Positions 1-9,298 of a stretch of 61,378 nt of DNA are shown here, piece after piece. The notes below the pieces were generated by a model. That model saw nothing but the letters and a program-made list of their open reading frames with translations, ran no database searches and was not told where the DNA came from. This DNA comes from an uncultured Anaerolineales bacterium (GTDB taxonomy: Bacteria; Chloroflexota; Anaerolineae; B4-G1; SLSP01), in NCBI GenBank assembly GCA_964508025.1, contig CAZDSF010000008.1, positions 22,088 to 83,465 on the forward strand, in the 5' to 3' direction. Numbering within the stretch: position 1 is the first letter of the stretch; each line of letters starts with the position of its first letter. Position numbers and translations under genes: made by a program.

Positions 1-1050
1 CGCTGCTCCATATAGGCTTCAGCTTCTTCGATGCGAGCTTCCTCCAGCAGTTGATCCACACGGACGCGGGTTTCGTGCATCGCCGCCCGAAAATCGAAAG
101 CATCGAACACCGTCTCGTCGCGCGGGGGCAGGCTGAGCGGCTCCGGCAAGGGCTTTTCCCATTGCAATGCCGGCGCGTAGAAGCGGCGCACCACTTCCTG
201 ACCGGCCCATTCCCCCATCAGCGAAGCCGTCGTCTCGTTGATGGTGCGTACATCGGCGGATGCGCTGTAGTACCAGCCCAGCGGGGCATGGAGCAGATAA
301 TGGTGCGTCCATTCGTGGGCGATCACGTCCGCCGCCCACGCCAGGTTCGAGGTCTCTTGCAACATCGCCGGATAAGCGGAAAGCCCGCCGATGGCGGTGA
401 CGTAGGCGGAAAGCTCGGTTTCTGCCGTTTCGATGCGCTGCTCTAGCGTTTGTCGTTGCGCGGCATCAAGCCCCGTCACCAGCTCGGCTTGGAAGATACT
501 TTCGATACGCGCGCGGGGGGAAACAATCAGTACGGTGGGCAGCGGGGTAAACGCGCCGCTGACTGGCGGCAGGATTTGTCCCAGCACGCCAAAGCCGCCG
601 CTGCGCAAGACCTGACTCACCTGTTCGCCGAGGATCGCTTCTGCGAGGGGGGCCTGCGCAGCTATCCGGCGGCGTAGCGCTGCCAGCGCCTCTCGCTGCG
701 CGACGGTGGCTTCCAGCGGATCCTTGATCTCCGTGCGGACAAAACTGCGCTCGATGTCGGCGGTCAGCTGTTGCGCCTGCGCGACATTGTCGAGATACGT
801 CAGCACGAAATCTGCCTGCGCTGGATCATCCATGAACCGTTGCGGCGCGAGCAGGCCATAGGCGATTTTGCGCGCGAGCGCTTCGATCTCCCAGGTGATG
901 AAATCGAAGCGCAGCGCGCCGCTGAGTTGCTTTAGCCGCACGCGCTGGTCTTGCGCATTCGGCCCTTCTCCTGTGAGGAGCAACAGCAGCAGTATCAGGG
1001 TCAGGCTGCGTCTGAGCCAGTAGCGTAGGTCATTAAAAAAGGCGTCCATC
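1..1050 (-). CDS. HExxH-motif putative zinc metallopeptidase with N-terminal signal/TM anchor; C-terminus runs off the window start
   Basis: Uninterrupted minus-strand frame from ATG at 1050..1048 down to position 1. It is absent from the ORF track because there is no in-window stop. Translation begins MDAFFNDLRYWLRRSLTLILLLLLLTGEG (hydrophobic anchor). It contains ...DVIAHEWTHHYLLHAPLGW (HExxH), read from the reverse complement of ~285-330. Confidence 0.5.
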
Positions 1051-1189
1051 GTCGAAAAATTCTAGGTCAAAACGGTTGAAAGTCAATGTCAACTGCGCGT
1101 GTTGAGATTTTGAACTGGCGCTTGCGAAAACCGCCCCCTGACGTATAGTTACCACTGATTTTTATTTTTGAGGGAGCAGGTGCAGCGGT

Positions 1190-3628
1190 ATGGAAATTGG
1201 AATCGTGCGACAGGTAGATATCAATTCCGAAGTGCAACGCGCGTATATGGATTACGCGATGAGTGTGATTGTGGCGCGGGCGCTGCCCGATGCGCGGGAT
1301 GGACTCAAACCGGTACAGCGGCGCATCCTGTATGCGATGTACGATATGGGCAATCGCCCCACCGCGCCCTACAAGAAGTCCGCGCGTATCGTCGGCGAGG
1401 TGCTGGGTAAATACCATCCGCATGGAGACGCTGCCGTGTACGAAGCGATGGCGCGCATGGCGCAGGATTTCTCGCTCCGCTGTTTGTTGGTGGATGGACA
1501 GGGGAACTTCGGCTCGGTGGATGGCGATCCCCCGGCGGCGATGCGGTACACCGAGGCGCGCCTCACGCCGCTGGCGATGGAGGCGCTGCGCGACATCGAG
1601 AAAGATACCGTGGCCTGGGATGACAACTTCGATGGCACGCTGAAGGAACCGGCGGTCTTGCCGGCCAACCTGCCCAATCTGCTGGTGAACGGCGCTTCGG
1701 GCATTGCCGTGGGCATGTCCACCAATATCCCGCCGCACAACCTGGGCGAGGTGGTGGATGGGCTGGTGCATCTGCTGGACAATTGGGAAAAGCAGGATGA
1801 CATCGGTGTGGAGGACTTGATGCAGTTCATCCCCGGCCCTGATTTCCCCACCGGCGGATTGGTCTACCGCCGTGATACTGCTGATACGGATGATGGCTTG
1901 CTCAAGGCGTATGCCACGGGGCGTGGACGCATCACCTTGCGGGCGCGGGCGCATCTGGAGGACATCAAGGGCGGGCGCGAGCGCATTGTCATTACCGAGC
2001 TGCCCTACCAAGTGAACAAAGCCTCGCTCATCGAGAGCATCGCCGCGCTGACCCGCGCCGGCAAACTCGATGGCATCGCCGACTTGCGGGACGAATCGGA
2101 TCGCCAGGGAATGCGCCTGGTGATTGATCTCAGTCGGGGGACGGATCCCGACAAGCTGTTGCGCGATCTGTACAAGCACACGGCGCTGGAGACGCGCTAC
2201 GGCATCATTATCCTGGCGTTGGTCAACGGCGAGCCGCGCACGCTGGCGCTCAAGAAGGCGCTGCTGGTATTCCTGGAGCATCGCCTGGAGGTGTTGCAGC
2301 GGCGCGCGCGTCACGATCTGGAGCAGGCGCGCGCGCGGGCGCACATCGTCGAAGGGCTGCTCATCGCGCTGGACAACCTCGACGCGGTGATTGATCTGAT
2401 CCGCCGCTCGCGCACGGTGGAGACGGCCCGCGAGAATCTGTGCAAGCGCTTCAAGCTCAGCGAAATCCAGGCGCAGGCGATTCTGGATATGCCGCTCAAG
2501 CGGCTCGCGGCATTGGAGCGCAAGAAGTTGCAGGATGAATTCAAGGAGTTGAAGGCGCTCATCAAGGAGTTGGAGACGCTGTTGCGGACGCCGGCGTTGC
2601 AGCGCGCGGCAATCCGAGAGGAACTGGCGACGCTCAAGCAACAGTACGGCGACGCGCGGCGCTCGCACATTCTCGATGTGAAGGGGGACCAGGTGGAGTT
2701 TGGGGCGCTGATCCCCGATCAACCGGTGTGGGTGGCGACGACGCGCAAGGGCTATATCGCGCGGACGCCCGATGACGGCAAGGCGCCGCGTGTGCCCTCG
2801 CGGCCCGCGGATGTGCCGGTGAGCGTGGTTGGCGCTTCGACGCGCGATACGCTCTATCTGTTCACCGCGGCGGGGATGGCGGTGGCGTTGCCGGTCCATC
2901 AAGTGCCAGAAGGGCAAGCCTGGGAGGGGGAAGGCGCCCCGTGCAGCCAGCTCACGCGCTTCGAAGGGGCCGAGGTGCTGACATCGCTGGCGCTGCCGGC
3001 GACCCTGCCCGAAGGCGGCTCGGTCTGTTTTGTGACGGCGCAGGGCCAGGTGAAGCGACTGCTGGCGGAGGAATTGCCCGGCGTGGGACGTGAACCCATG
3101 GCGGTGCTTCGGCTCGACGCGGGCGATTGGCTCGTGGATGTGGTCTGGGTTAACGAGAACGAGGAGCTGGTTGTTGGCGCAGCGAGCGGGCAGGGGATTC
3201 GCTTTGCGGCGGCGGAGGTGCGCCCCACCGGCAGCGGCGCGGGCGGGATGGCGGGCATCAAGCTCGAAGGCGAGGACGTGGCGGTTGGCGTCACCGTGGT
3301 CAATCCCAAAGCCAAACTGTTCACCATCACGGATCACGGCATGGCGAAGCTGACGGCGTTTACGGAGATGCCGAGTCAACGGCGCGGCGGCAAAGGGGTG
3401 CAAATCATCAAGCCCGCGGCGGATGAACGGCTGATGGGGGTCCGCACGGTCAAGGGGACCTCGAATGTGATTATGGTGACGCAGCGCGGCGCAGCCAAGA
3501 CGCTGACCGGGCGTTCGATCAAGGAGCAGGGGCGCGCGACCCGTGGCGTTTCGGTCATTGCGTTGCAAGGGCGGGATCTGGTGGCTGCGGTGGTGGTGCC
3601 AGAGTCGCGGGTAGAGGGAAGCGCCTAA
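1190..3628 (+). CDS. gyrA: DNA gyrase subunit A
   Basis: 812 aa. [10 protein letters not shown]...[12 protein letters not shown]...[20 protein letters not shown], active-site region, and C-terminal beta-pinwheel with GyrA box [11 protein letters not shown] gagggagcagg upstream of the ATG. Confidence 0.97.
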   Translation: MEIGIVRQVDINSEVQRAYMDYAMSVIVARALPDARDGLKPVQRRILYAMYDMGNRPTAPYKKSARIVGEVLGKYHPHGDAAVYEAMARMAQDFSLRCLLVDGQGNFGSVDGDPPAAMRYTEARLTPLAMEALRDIEKDTVAWDDNFDGTLKEPAVLPANLPNLLVNGASGIAVGMSTNIPPHNLGEVVDGLVHLLDNWEKQDDIGVEDLMQFIPGPDFPTGGLVYRRDTADTDDGLLKAYATGRGRITLRARAHLEDIKGGRERIVITELPYQVNKASLIESIAALTRAGKLDGIADLRDESDRQGMRLVIDLSRGTDPDKLLRDLYKHTALETRYGIIILALVNGEPRTLALKKALLVFLEHRLEVLQRRARHDLEQARARAHIVEGLLIALDNLDAVIDLIRRSRTVETARENLCKRFKLSEIQAQAILDMPLKRLAALERKKLQDEFKELKALIKELETLLRTPALQRAAIREELATLKQQYGDARRSHILDVKGDQVEFGALIPDQPVWVATTRKGYIARTPDDGKAPRVPSRPADVPVSVVGASTRDTLYLFTAAGMAVALPVHQVPEGQAWEGEGAPCSQLTRFEGAEVLTSLALPATLPEGGSVCFVTAQGQVKRLLAEELPGVGREPMAVLRLDAGDWLVDVVWVNENEELVVGAASGQGIRFAAAEVRPTGSGAGGMAGIKLEGEDVAVGVTVVNPKAKLFTITDHGMAKLTAFTEMPSQRRGGKGVQIIKPAADERLMGVRTVKGTSNVIMVTQRGAAKTLTGRSIKEQGRATRGVSVIALQGRDLVAAVVVPESRVEGSA

Positions 3629-3713
3629 CTGAGACGCTGGCCCTCCGTTTACAGCTCACTGATTTTTTATCTCTCTGGGGACACTCCGGTGCTAACACAC
3701 ACCATGCGAGCAA

Positions 3714-3808
3714 GAAAAAAGTGAGTCGAGAGCAGTGAGCAGTCAAGGCAGCGAAGTCTGCTCACTACTTACTGCTCTCTGTTCACCAGTTACTATTTTT
3801 GCAGGAGG
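3714..3808 (+). promoter_or_regulatory. Conserved 5'-leader element, copy A: gaaaaaaGTGAGTCGAGAGCAGTGAGCAG..CTGCTCAC..CTGCTCTCTGTTCACCAGTTACTATTTTTGCAGGAGG, 6 nt before the start codon
   Basis: Nested inverted repeats GAGAGCAG/CTGCTCTC and GTGAGCAG/CTGCTCAC, followed by TCACCAGTTACTATTTT and a GGAGG Shine-Dalgarno. Near-identical copies occur at 16238-16330 and (minus strand) 45051-45140, each directly upstream of a start codon. Confidence 0.55.
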
Positions 3809-3814
3809 TATCGA

Positions 3815-4174
3815 ATGATGACGTTTCGTGATGAGTTGCGCGCTTGCGAGGCGTGCGGCAAGGCTTTTGTGTTTACTGTGGAGGAACAACGGCGACAGGA
3901 TCAACTGGGATTTCCGGTTGTAGCGCCCGATCGCTGTCCGGCATGTCGTGAGAGCGCCAAACCACAGCCGGGATTGCATCCGGGCATTGTCAAGTGGTAC
4001 AGCCAGGAGAAAGCGTATGGCTTTCTGACGCGGGCTGAGGGAGCGGAAATCTTCTTTCACCGGACGGGCGTATCCGGGGATCCAGAAAAGACCCTGTGCG
4101 AGGGCGCGCATGTCTGGTACGAGATTCAGGAGACGGATCGCGGGCTGCAAGCCTACAACGTTCACGAGCGGTGA
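3815..4174 (+). CDS. Zinc-ribbon (CxxC...CxxC) plus cold-shock domain protein
   Basis: 119 aa. CEACGKAFVF...CPACRE is a 4-Cys ribbon. GIVKWYSQEKAYGFLTRAEGAEIFFHRTGV is a CspA-type RNP1/RNP2 cold-shock fold. The stop overlaps the next start (GTGATG). Confidence 0.8.
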   Translation: MMTFRDELRACEACGKAFVFTVEEQRRQDQLGFPVVAPDRCPACRESAKPQPGLHPGIVKWYSQEKAYGFLTRAEGAEIFFHRTGVSGDPEKTLCEGAHVWYEIQETDRGLQAYNVHER

Positions 4175-5304
4175 TGCGCGTTGCGTTAAACGGCTGGTTT
4201 TGGGAGCGCCCGGAGACGGGCAGCGGGCAATATCTGCGGCGGCTGGTGCAGGCGTTGGCGCGCACCCAGCCGGCTCTCGCCTTGACGCTCTTCACACCGG
4301 GGACGCAGGCGCCTGCCGATGCTCCGCCGGGCGTGGAGACGGCGTTGCTGCCGGCGCCGCCCGGCGCGTGGGGCAAAGTCTGGTGGGAGCAATGCGCCCT
4401 GCCGCGCGCGGTGCGCCGGCGGGGCGCGGATCTGCTGCATGTCCCCTACTGGGGTTCTCCCTGGCGGGCTGTTTGCCCCATCGTCGTCACCGTTCACGAT
4501 TTGATTCCGCTGCTGTTGCCTGCCTATCGCGGCGGGCTGCTGGTGCGCCTGTACACGGCGCTGGTCAGCGCTACGGCGCGCCGCGCGGCGCTGGTGTTGA
4601 CGGATTCCGAGGCGGCGCGGCCCGATATCGTGCGGCATCTGCGCCTGCCGGAAACGCGCGTGCGGGCGATCTGGCTCGCGGCGGACGCGGATTTCTGCCC
4701 CACTGCCGCCGCTGAGGATGCTGCGCAGCGCGACGCGCTGGGACTGGCGCCGGGCTATGCGCTCTATCTGGGCGGCTTCGACGTGCGGAAGAATCTGGCG
4801 GCGGTCTTTGCCGCGTTTGCGCGCGTGCGTGAGCAACTTCCGCAGGCGCGGCTGGTGATCGCGGGGCGCTTGCCCGCGCAGGATAGCGCCTTCACCCCCG
4901 ACCCGCGCCGGTTGTGGCGCGAAGCGGGGCTGCCGGAGACGGCGGTGCATTTCACCGGCTTCATTCCTGATGCCGCGAAGCCGGCTCTGTACCGGGGTGC
5001 GCGCGCTTTCATCTTCCTCTCGCGCTACGAGGGTTTCGGGCTGCCGCCATTGGAGGCGTTGGCTTGCGGCGTCCCGGTGGTGGGCAGCGACGCCGCCAGC
5101 CTGCCGGAAGTGATCGGTGAAGCCGGGGTGCTGGTCGCGCCGGATGATGTCGCGGGGGCGGCAGCGGCGTTGACGCGGTTGCTGCGCGATGCGGCTTTCC
5201 ACGGGACATTGCGGGAGCGCGCCTTGCAGCAGGCGGCGCGCTTCTCGTGGGAGCGGACGGCGGCGGAGACGGCGGCGGCATATCGGCAGGCGTTGAGCAG
5301 CTAA
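4174..5304 (+). CDS. Glycosyltransferase family 1 (GT4-like)
   Basis: Internal ATG at 4174 gives MRVALNGWFWERPETGSGQYLRRL. C-terminal EGFGLPPLEALACGVPVVGSDAASLPEVIGEAG matches the GT1 E-x7-E region. Confidence 0.85.
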   Translation: MRVALNGWFWERPETGSGQYLRRLVQALARTQPALALTLFTPGTQAPADAPPGVETALLPAPPGAWGKVWWEQCALPRAVRRRGADLLHVPYWGSPWRAVCPIVVTVHDLIPLLLPAYRGGLLVRLYTALVSATARRAALVLTDSEAARPDIVRHLRLPETRVRAIWLAADADFCPTAAAEDAAQRDALGLAPGYALYLGGFDVRKNLAAVFAAFARVREQLPQARLVIAGRLPAQDSAFTPDPRRLWREAGLPETAVHFTGFIPDAAKPALYRGARAFIFLSRYEGFGLPPLEALACGVPVVGSDAASLPEVIGEAGVLVAPDDVAGAAAALTRLLRDAAFHGTLRERALQQAARFSWERTAAETAAAYRQALSS

Positions 5305-5336
5305 TGGCGATGTGCGCCTTCAAACTTGACTGAAGT

Positions 5337-6293
5337 TCATCGTCGCAACAACGCCCGTGGAATCCCGACAAAACCCTGCCCCGTTCGCTGCGGATCACGC
5401 AGTGCGAGCGTTCCATCCGGGCGGCGGGTGAAGGGCTGCATTCCGCTGCCCCACGCGGGATCATCGGTCAATGCCATGGGCGTGAGCGCCTCTACCAGGA
5501 TGATGTCGCCGGCGCGGCTGTGGGGCGTCAGCGTTTCGTCGGCGTCCACCCGCACCCCAAAGAAGTAGGCGCCGGGACGCACGTCGAGCAGGGGCAGGGT
5601 GCTCACTTCCAGGGGCAGCCATTCGGGGGCGGCCAAGAAATCGAAATCCAGCACGCGGGTGGGGACGCGCAGCCTGTCCAGGGAGATTGCCAGGGCTTCG
5701 ATGGGGATTTCGGAAACGCCGGCGCAGTACGGATAGACGGGGACGATGAGCGCGTGGCTGCCCGGCGGCGTTTGCCCGCGCAGCGGCGTGAGCGCCGCAA
5801 TCCATTGCGCTACCTGCCCACAGGCATCGAAATACTCGCGTCCGGTATGCACCGCCCAATAGCGCCGGCTCACATCGAGTTGGGATTGGGCTTCCATGAG
5901 CAGCGGCAACGCGCGGGCGTCATCATGCAGGCAGAAGTACAGCAGCCCGGCGAAATAGACGGCGATGGCTTCGTTGTAGCGCGCGATGGGGCTGGATTGT
6001 ACCTTGAGCCAGCTCGCTGCTGCCGTGGTCAACTCTAGCGCCTCCAACCAGCGCTCGGAACGCCACAAGAGATCGGCCTTGTACAGGCTGAGCAACGCTT
6101 CGGCGTGGCGCTCGCGTTGATTCCGCACCGCCGTGAGCGCGTTTTCGGCCATGGTGAGCGCCTCATCGAAAGCGAGGTGTTGCGTTGCCGGGGGCGCATC
6201 GAGGGCAAGCCAGGCGCGCAACGGTGCGGGCACGTCCTGAAACTCTGCCAGCTGTAGCGGGACCAATGCAGGAGGCACGCAGATATGGCGCAT
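5337..6293 (-). CDS. Hypothetical protein, helical N-terminal half
   Basis: 318-aa ORF with codon usage consistent with neighbours. No motif recognised with confidence. Confidence 0.45.
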   Translation of the reverse strand: MRHICVPPALVPLQLAEFQDVPAPLRAWLALDAPPATQHLAFDEALTMAENALTAVRNQRERHAEALLSLYKADLLWRSERWLEALELTTAAASWLKVQSSPIARYNEAIAVYFAGLLYFCLHDDARALPLLMEAQSQLDVSRRYWAVHTGREYFDACGQVAQWIAALTPLRGQTPPGSHALIVPVYPYCAGVSEIPIEALAISLDRLRVPTRVLDFDFLAAPEWLPLEVSTLPLLDVRPGAYFFGVRVDADETLTPHSRAGDIILVEALTPMALTDDPAWGSGMQPFTRRPDGTLALRDPQRTGQGFVGIPRALLRR

Positions 6294-6294
6294 A

Positions 6295-7626
6295 TCAGAC
6301 CTTGGCGGGCAGTTTGGGCAGGGCTGGTGGCGTGTCGCCGGCGCCTTCGAGAATCTGGGTGATCATCAGGTTCAGGCTTTCCAGCTGTTGGAACATGGTG
6401 CTTTGGACGAGCGGATCCTTTTCGGCCATGCTCTGCATCACGTGCAGGAATTCGAGCAGCACCTCGGTGGAGAAGCCCTGCGCGTTCTCGACGGTGATTT
6501 TCTTGAGCGGCTCCAACAGCGCGTCGAGCAGCTCGGCGCGGGCGCGGATGCGCGCGAGTTCGTACTCTTTCTCCGGCAGCACCAGCGCCTTGGCTTCATC
6601 CTGTGCCGCCCGGAATTGCCATTCGCTGCGCCACAGTTCCAGCCATTGCTCGGAGATGGCGTTCACATCGGGCAGGATGGAGATCAGGTGGACGTGATCA
6701 ATTTTGACGCCGTGTTCCCAGGCTTGCTCGCGGATGGCTTGCTGCACCTGTTCCTCGATGATCGTGAGCAATGAGGGGCCAGACCGGGTGGGATCGAAAA
6801 GTTCATCCGTGCGATATTGCTCAATGTAGTTGCGCACCTCGCCATCAATCGTGCCATTGGTGACGCGCCGCATCCAATCCGTCACCGCCTGCTTCCCACC
6901 TGGCTCCAAAGCCACTTTACTCGTCGTAAGTTTCAGCACGGTGGCGCGGTCCTGATCGGTGAATGCCATGGGCAGGGGGGCGACGCCAGTGAGCGTGTCA
7001 TTTTCCCGGCGCATTCGGAAGCGCGCTTCCACCTTGCATGTGACAGGGATGCCATCGCGGGTGTTGGCAGACACTTCGAATTCACGGTTCTGAGGGCGCA
7101 AGTCTACTTTGTCCCAAATCCGTTCAAAGGCTTCGAGCCGGCACAGGCTGGCACATTCCACCCGTGTGATCGTTCCTCCCCGCGCCAGAACGATCGCCGT
7201 ATCATGCCCAACACTCAAATGTCCAGGCCCGCCGACTTTGTACAGGATTTCTGGGCCATCGGGATGGGGTCGCCCTTCGGTTACGGGCATGATCGGATCG
7301 AGAGGCGGCGTTTTGTAGACGCCGACCATGATGCGCCAGACCAGTTTGGTGGCTTCTTCGGGAGAGAGTGCGTAAAGCGATTGAACGAATTGGATCAGAA
7401 GCGCCTGGGCGCCCAGAAAGGCGAGCAACAGCGCGATGAACATCCCGACGGGGAGGCTGCCTGCAAGCGCCAGCGCTCCTTGTACAGGCGTCTCGCTGTT
7501 GATGATCGGTTGGAAAGCTTCCGGCGTGGTGACGGCGAGCAGGAGCGTGAACGCTGCAGTAAGCAAGAGCATCACGCCCAGCATGAGGATGCCAACAATG
7601 AGTCGGTCCGTGCTTCGCGTAGGCAT
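6295..7626 (-). CDS. SPFH/band-7 domain membrane protein
   Basis: N-terminal TM segments (LIVGILMLGVMLLLTAAFTLLLAV..). SPFH-like core ...LRPQNREFEVSANTRDGIPVTCKVEARFRMR, then a coiled C-terminal region (EQVQQAIREQAWEHGVKIDHVHLISILPD). Confidence 0.6.
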   Translation of the reverse strand: MPTRSTDRLIVGILMLGVMLLLTAAFTLLLAVTTPEAFQPIINSETPVQGALALAGSLPVGMFIALLLAFLGAQALLIQFVQSLYALSPEEATKLVWRIMVGVYKTPPLDPIMPVTEGRPHPDGPEILYKVGGPGHLSVGHDTAIVLARGGTITRVECASLCRLEAFERIWDKVDLRPQNREFEVSANTRDGIPVTCKVEARFRMRRENDTLTGVAPLPMAFTDQDRATVLKLTTSKVALEPGGKQAVTDWMRRVTNGTIDGEVRNYIEQYRTDELFDPTRSGPSLLTIIEEQVQQAIREQAWEHGVKIDHVHLISILPDVNAISEQWLELWRSEWQFRAAQDEAKALVLPEKEYELARIRARAELLDALLEPLKKITVENAQGFSTEVLLEFLHVMQSMAEKDPLVQSTMFQQLESLNLMITQILEGAGDTPPALPKLPAKV

Positions 7627-7635
7627 AGGCGATCC

Positions 7636-9156
7636 TTAATCCTCCTCCCTGGCGCGTCGCTGCAAGACGGTTAGGATTTCGGAGGTTGGTTTTGACAGGC
7701 TGGCTTTGACTTCGGGCTGTTGTGCAATCTTATCCAACGTCTCTAGCAATTGCAGGACGATAAAGCTCAATCTTGCTTGCGCGCTGGTTTGCTGTAGCGT
7801 GTTGTACTGCTGAAGGATCAATTCTAGCAGTTCTCGTAGCACATCGCTGCGCGCGCGACCCTGTTCGCGCACATATTCGGCTTTGATTTTGCCGCGATTG
7901 CTTTCGAGTATGTGCAGTTTGTGCGCTTTCCAATTTTCGATGCGTTGTTCTACGACTGTTGGATCTGCGGGGATGATTCGGTTCCCCACGCCGCCGCCGT
8001 AAACCTTGATACCGTTATTTGCCATCTGTTGCTCAACGTGTTGTCGCACCTCGCGGGCAATGGTCAGGCGCGGCAGTTCGCCCGGACGCGGTTCGATAAT
8101 GGCATAGAGCTCATCCAGAGAGTAGCGTTTTACGAGATGTCGCAGATGATGGGAAGCTTCTTGCAGAGGGAGCTTGGTCCACGAGTGCGCCTCGTGGGCA
8201 TCGAGGGGGGTAGCGCGCTTATCCGGGTTGACTTCGGCGGCGAGGTAAGCCTGCAAGGCGGCGTTGCGATCATACTCCCACGGAACGCCGGGCTGGGTGG
8301 GCGGTTTGCTATCCTTCAACTTGAAGATAGAGGAGCAGGGCACAAGCACTTCGATATTGTCGCGGGTTTGCGCCGTGATGCCTTTATCCGGTCGAAACTG
8401 ACCTTGCAGATCCATGACGTATTTGGGGATTTCGCCTCTTTCGATGAAGATAACGCCCGGCCCGATGACATCTTTGACGCTGGTTCCCTGGTAGCGCACC
8501 ACGGCGTATTCAGGCTCCGTAATCAGCAGACCCGGCCCGGTGCCGACGAAGGGGTTACCCTGGATGCGGGTCTCTAATTTGCGATCCACAATCATGACGG
8601 CGGGACGCGGTCCGGTGGTGAGAAAACCGGTGAGCAGCTGCGCCGCTTTGTGCTGTGAGGTGCGGATTTCGGCGGGACTCAGCGGCAGCATTCGCGGCGC
8701 CCAGTGGTAGAGCAGCGCCAGGGTAAACGCAGGCGGTGCAAGGATGAAGAAGAGCAATGGCAGAAGGGAAAAGGTCAGCGCTGATTTTCCTTCTGCCAAC
8801 AGCAGCCAGTACAGTATTGGCGCCGCCGAAAAAACGACCACAAAGGACATGGCTAAGATAAAAAAAGGGTGGGTTGGGACTTTCATCACCCGCATCCAGG
8901 GAATGTAGAGCAGGCATACTGGCAACAAAACAGCCAGTATCACGATGATGGCCGGATGCAGCGGCGAGTAATCTATCCAGAGATAGACGCTGAGCGGGGT
9001 AATCAGGGGCATCGCCAGCGCCAGGATGAAGTGGAAATTCCGCGCCACAGGATGGACGTGGGCTGCGCCGATTTTGGGAGGATTGTGCAGCATGTAGCGT
9101 TGTGCAACTGCGGCTGCAACAACGTATCCGACGAGGATGAGCAGGCGTATGAGCAT
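7636..9156 (-). CDS. Polytopic membrane protein with C-terminal SPFH/band-7 domain
   Basis: Probable start MLIRLLILVGYVV at 9156, preceded by aaggag. About 7 TM helices. Then EPEYAVVRYQGTSVKDVIGPGVIFIERGE...ITAQTRDNIEVLVPCSSIFKLKD and ...GIKVYGGGVGNRIIPADP, SPFH-like. The track ORF extends to 9276. Confidence 0.6.
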   Translation of the reverse strand: MLIRLLILVGYVVAAAVAQRYMLHNPPKIGAAHVHPVARNFHFILALAMPLITPLSVYLWIDYSPLHPAIIVILAVLLPVCLLYIPWMRVMKVPTHPFFILAMSFVVVFSAAPILYWLLLAEGKSALTFSLLPLLFFILAPPAFTLALLYHWAPRMLPLSPAEIRTSQHKAAQLLTGFLTTGPRPAVMIVDRKLETRIQGNPFVGTGPGLLITEPEYAVVRYQGTSVKDVIGPGVIFIERGEIPKYVMDLQGQFRPDKGITAQTRDNIEVLVPCSSIFKLKDSKPPTQPGVPWEYDRNAALQAYLAAEVNPDKRATPLDAHEAHSWTKLPLQEASHHLRHLVKRYSLDELYAIIEPRPGELPRLTIAREVRQHVEQQMANNGIKVYGGGVGNRIIPADPTVVEQRIENWKAHKLHILESNRGKIKAEYVREQGRARSDVLRELLELILQQYNTLQQTSAQARLSFIVLQLLETLDKIAQQPEVKASLSKPTSEILTVLQRRAREED

Positions 9157-9298
9157 AGCCGTTCTCCTTAAACGGGCACATGATTTCAATTTCAATGTAG
9201 CACAAAAGTGGAAAAAAGGAAATGTGGTGTGGTATAATCTATTCAGATGATGGAACACCCAAGTGGCGTCAAACATTTGTAGCAGGTTCTACACGCAC

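Noticed and set aside
1067-3568. 833-aa minus-strand ORF antisense to gyrA
   Set aside because: It fully overlaps an unmistakable gyrA. An Arg/Pro/Gly-rich translation is typical of GC-driven shadow frames. The same applies to 4186-5202 (antisense to GT4), 36418-38733 (antisense to the S8 peptidase), 23895-24680, 26298-27083, 16477-17334, 17431-18150 and 47506-48456.
5337-6293. Possible LexA/S24-peptidase-like C-terminus (VDADETLTPHSRAGDIILVE)
   Set aside because: It lacks the GDSM nucleophile context and the Lys of the S24 dyad, so the resemblance is superficial.
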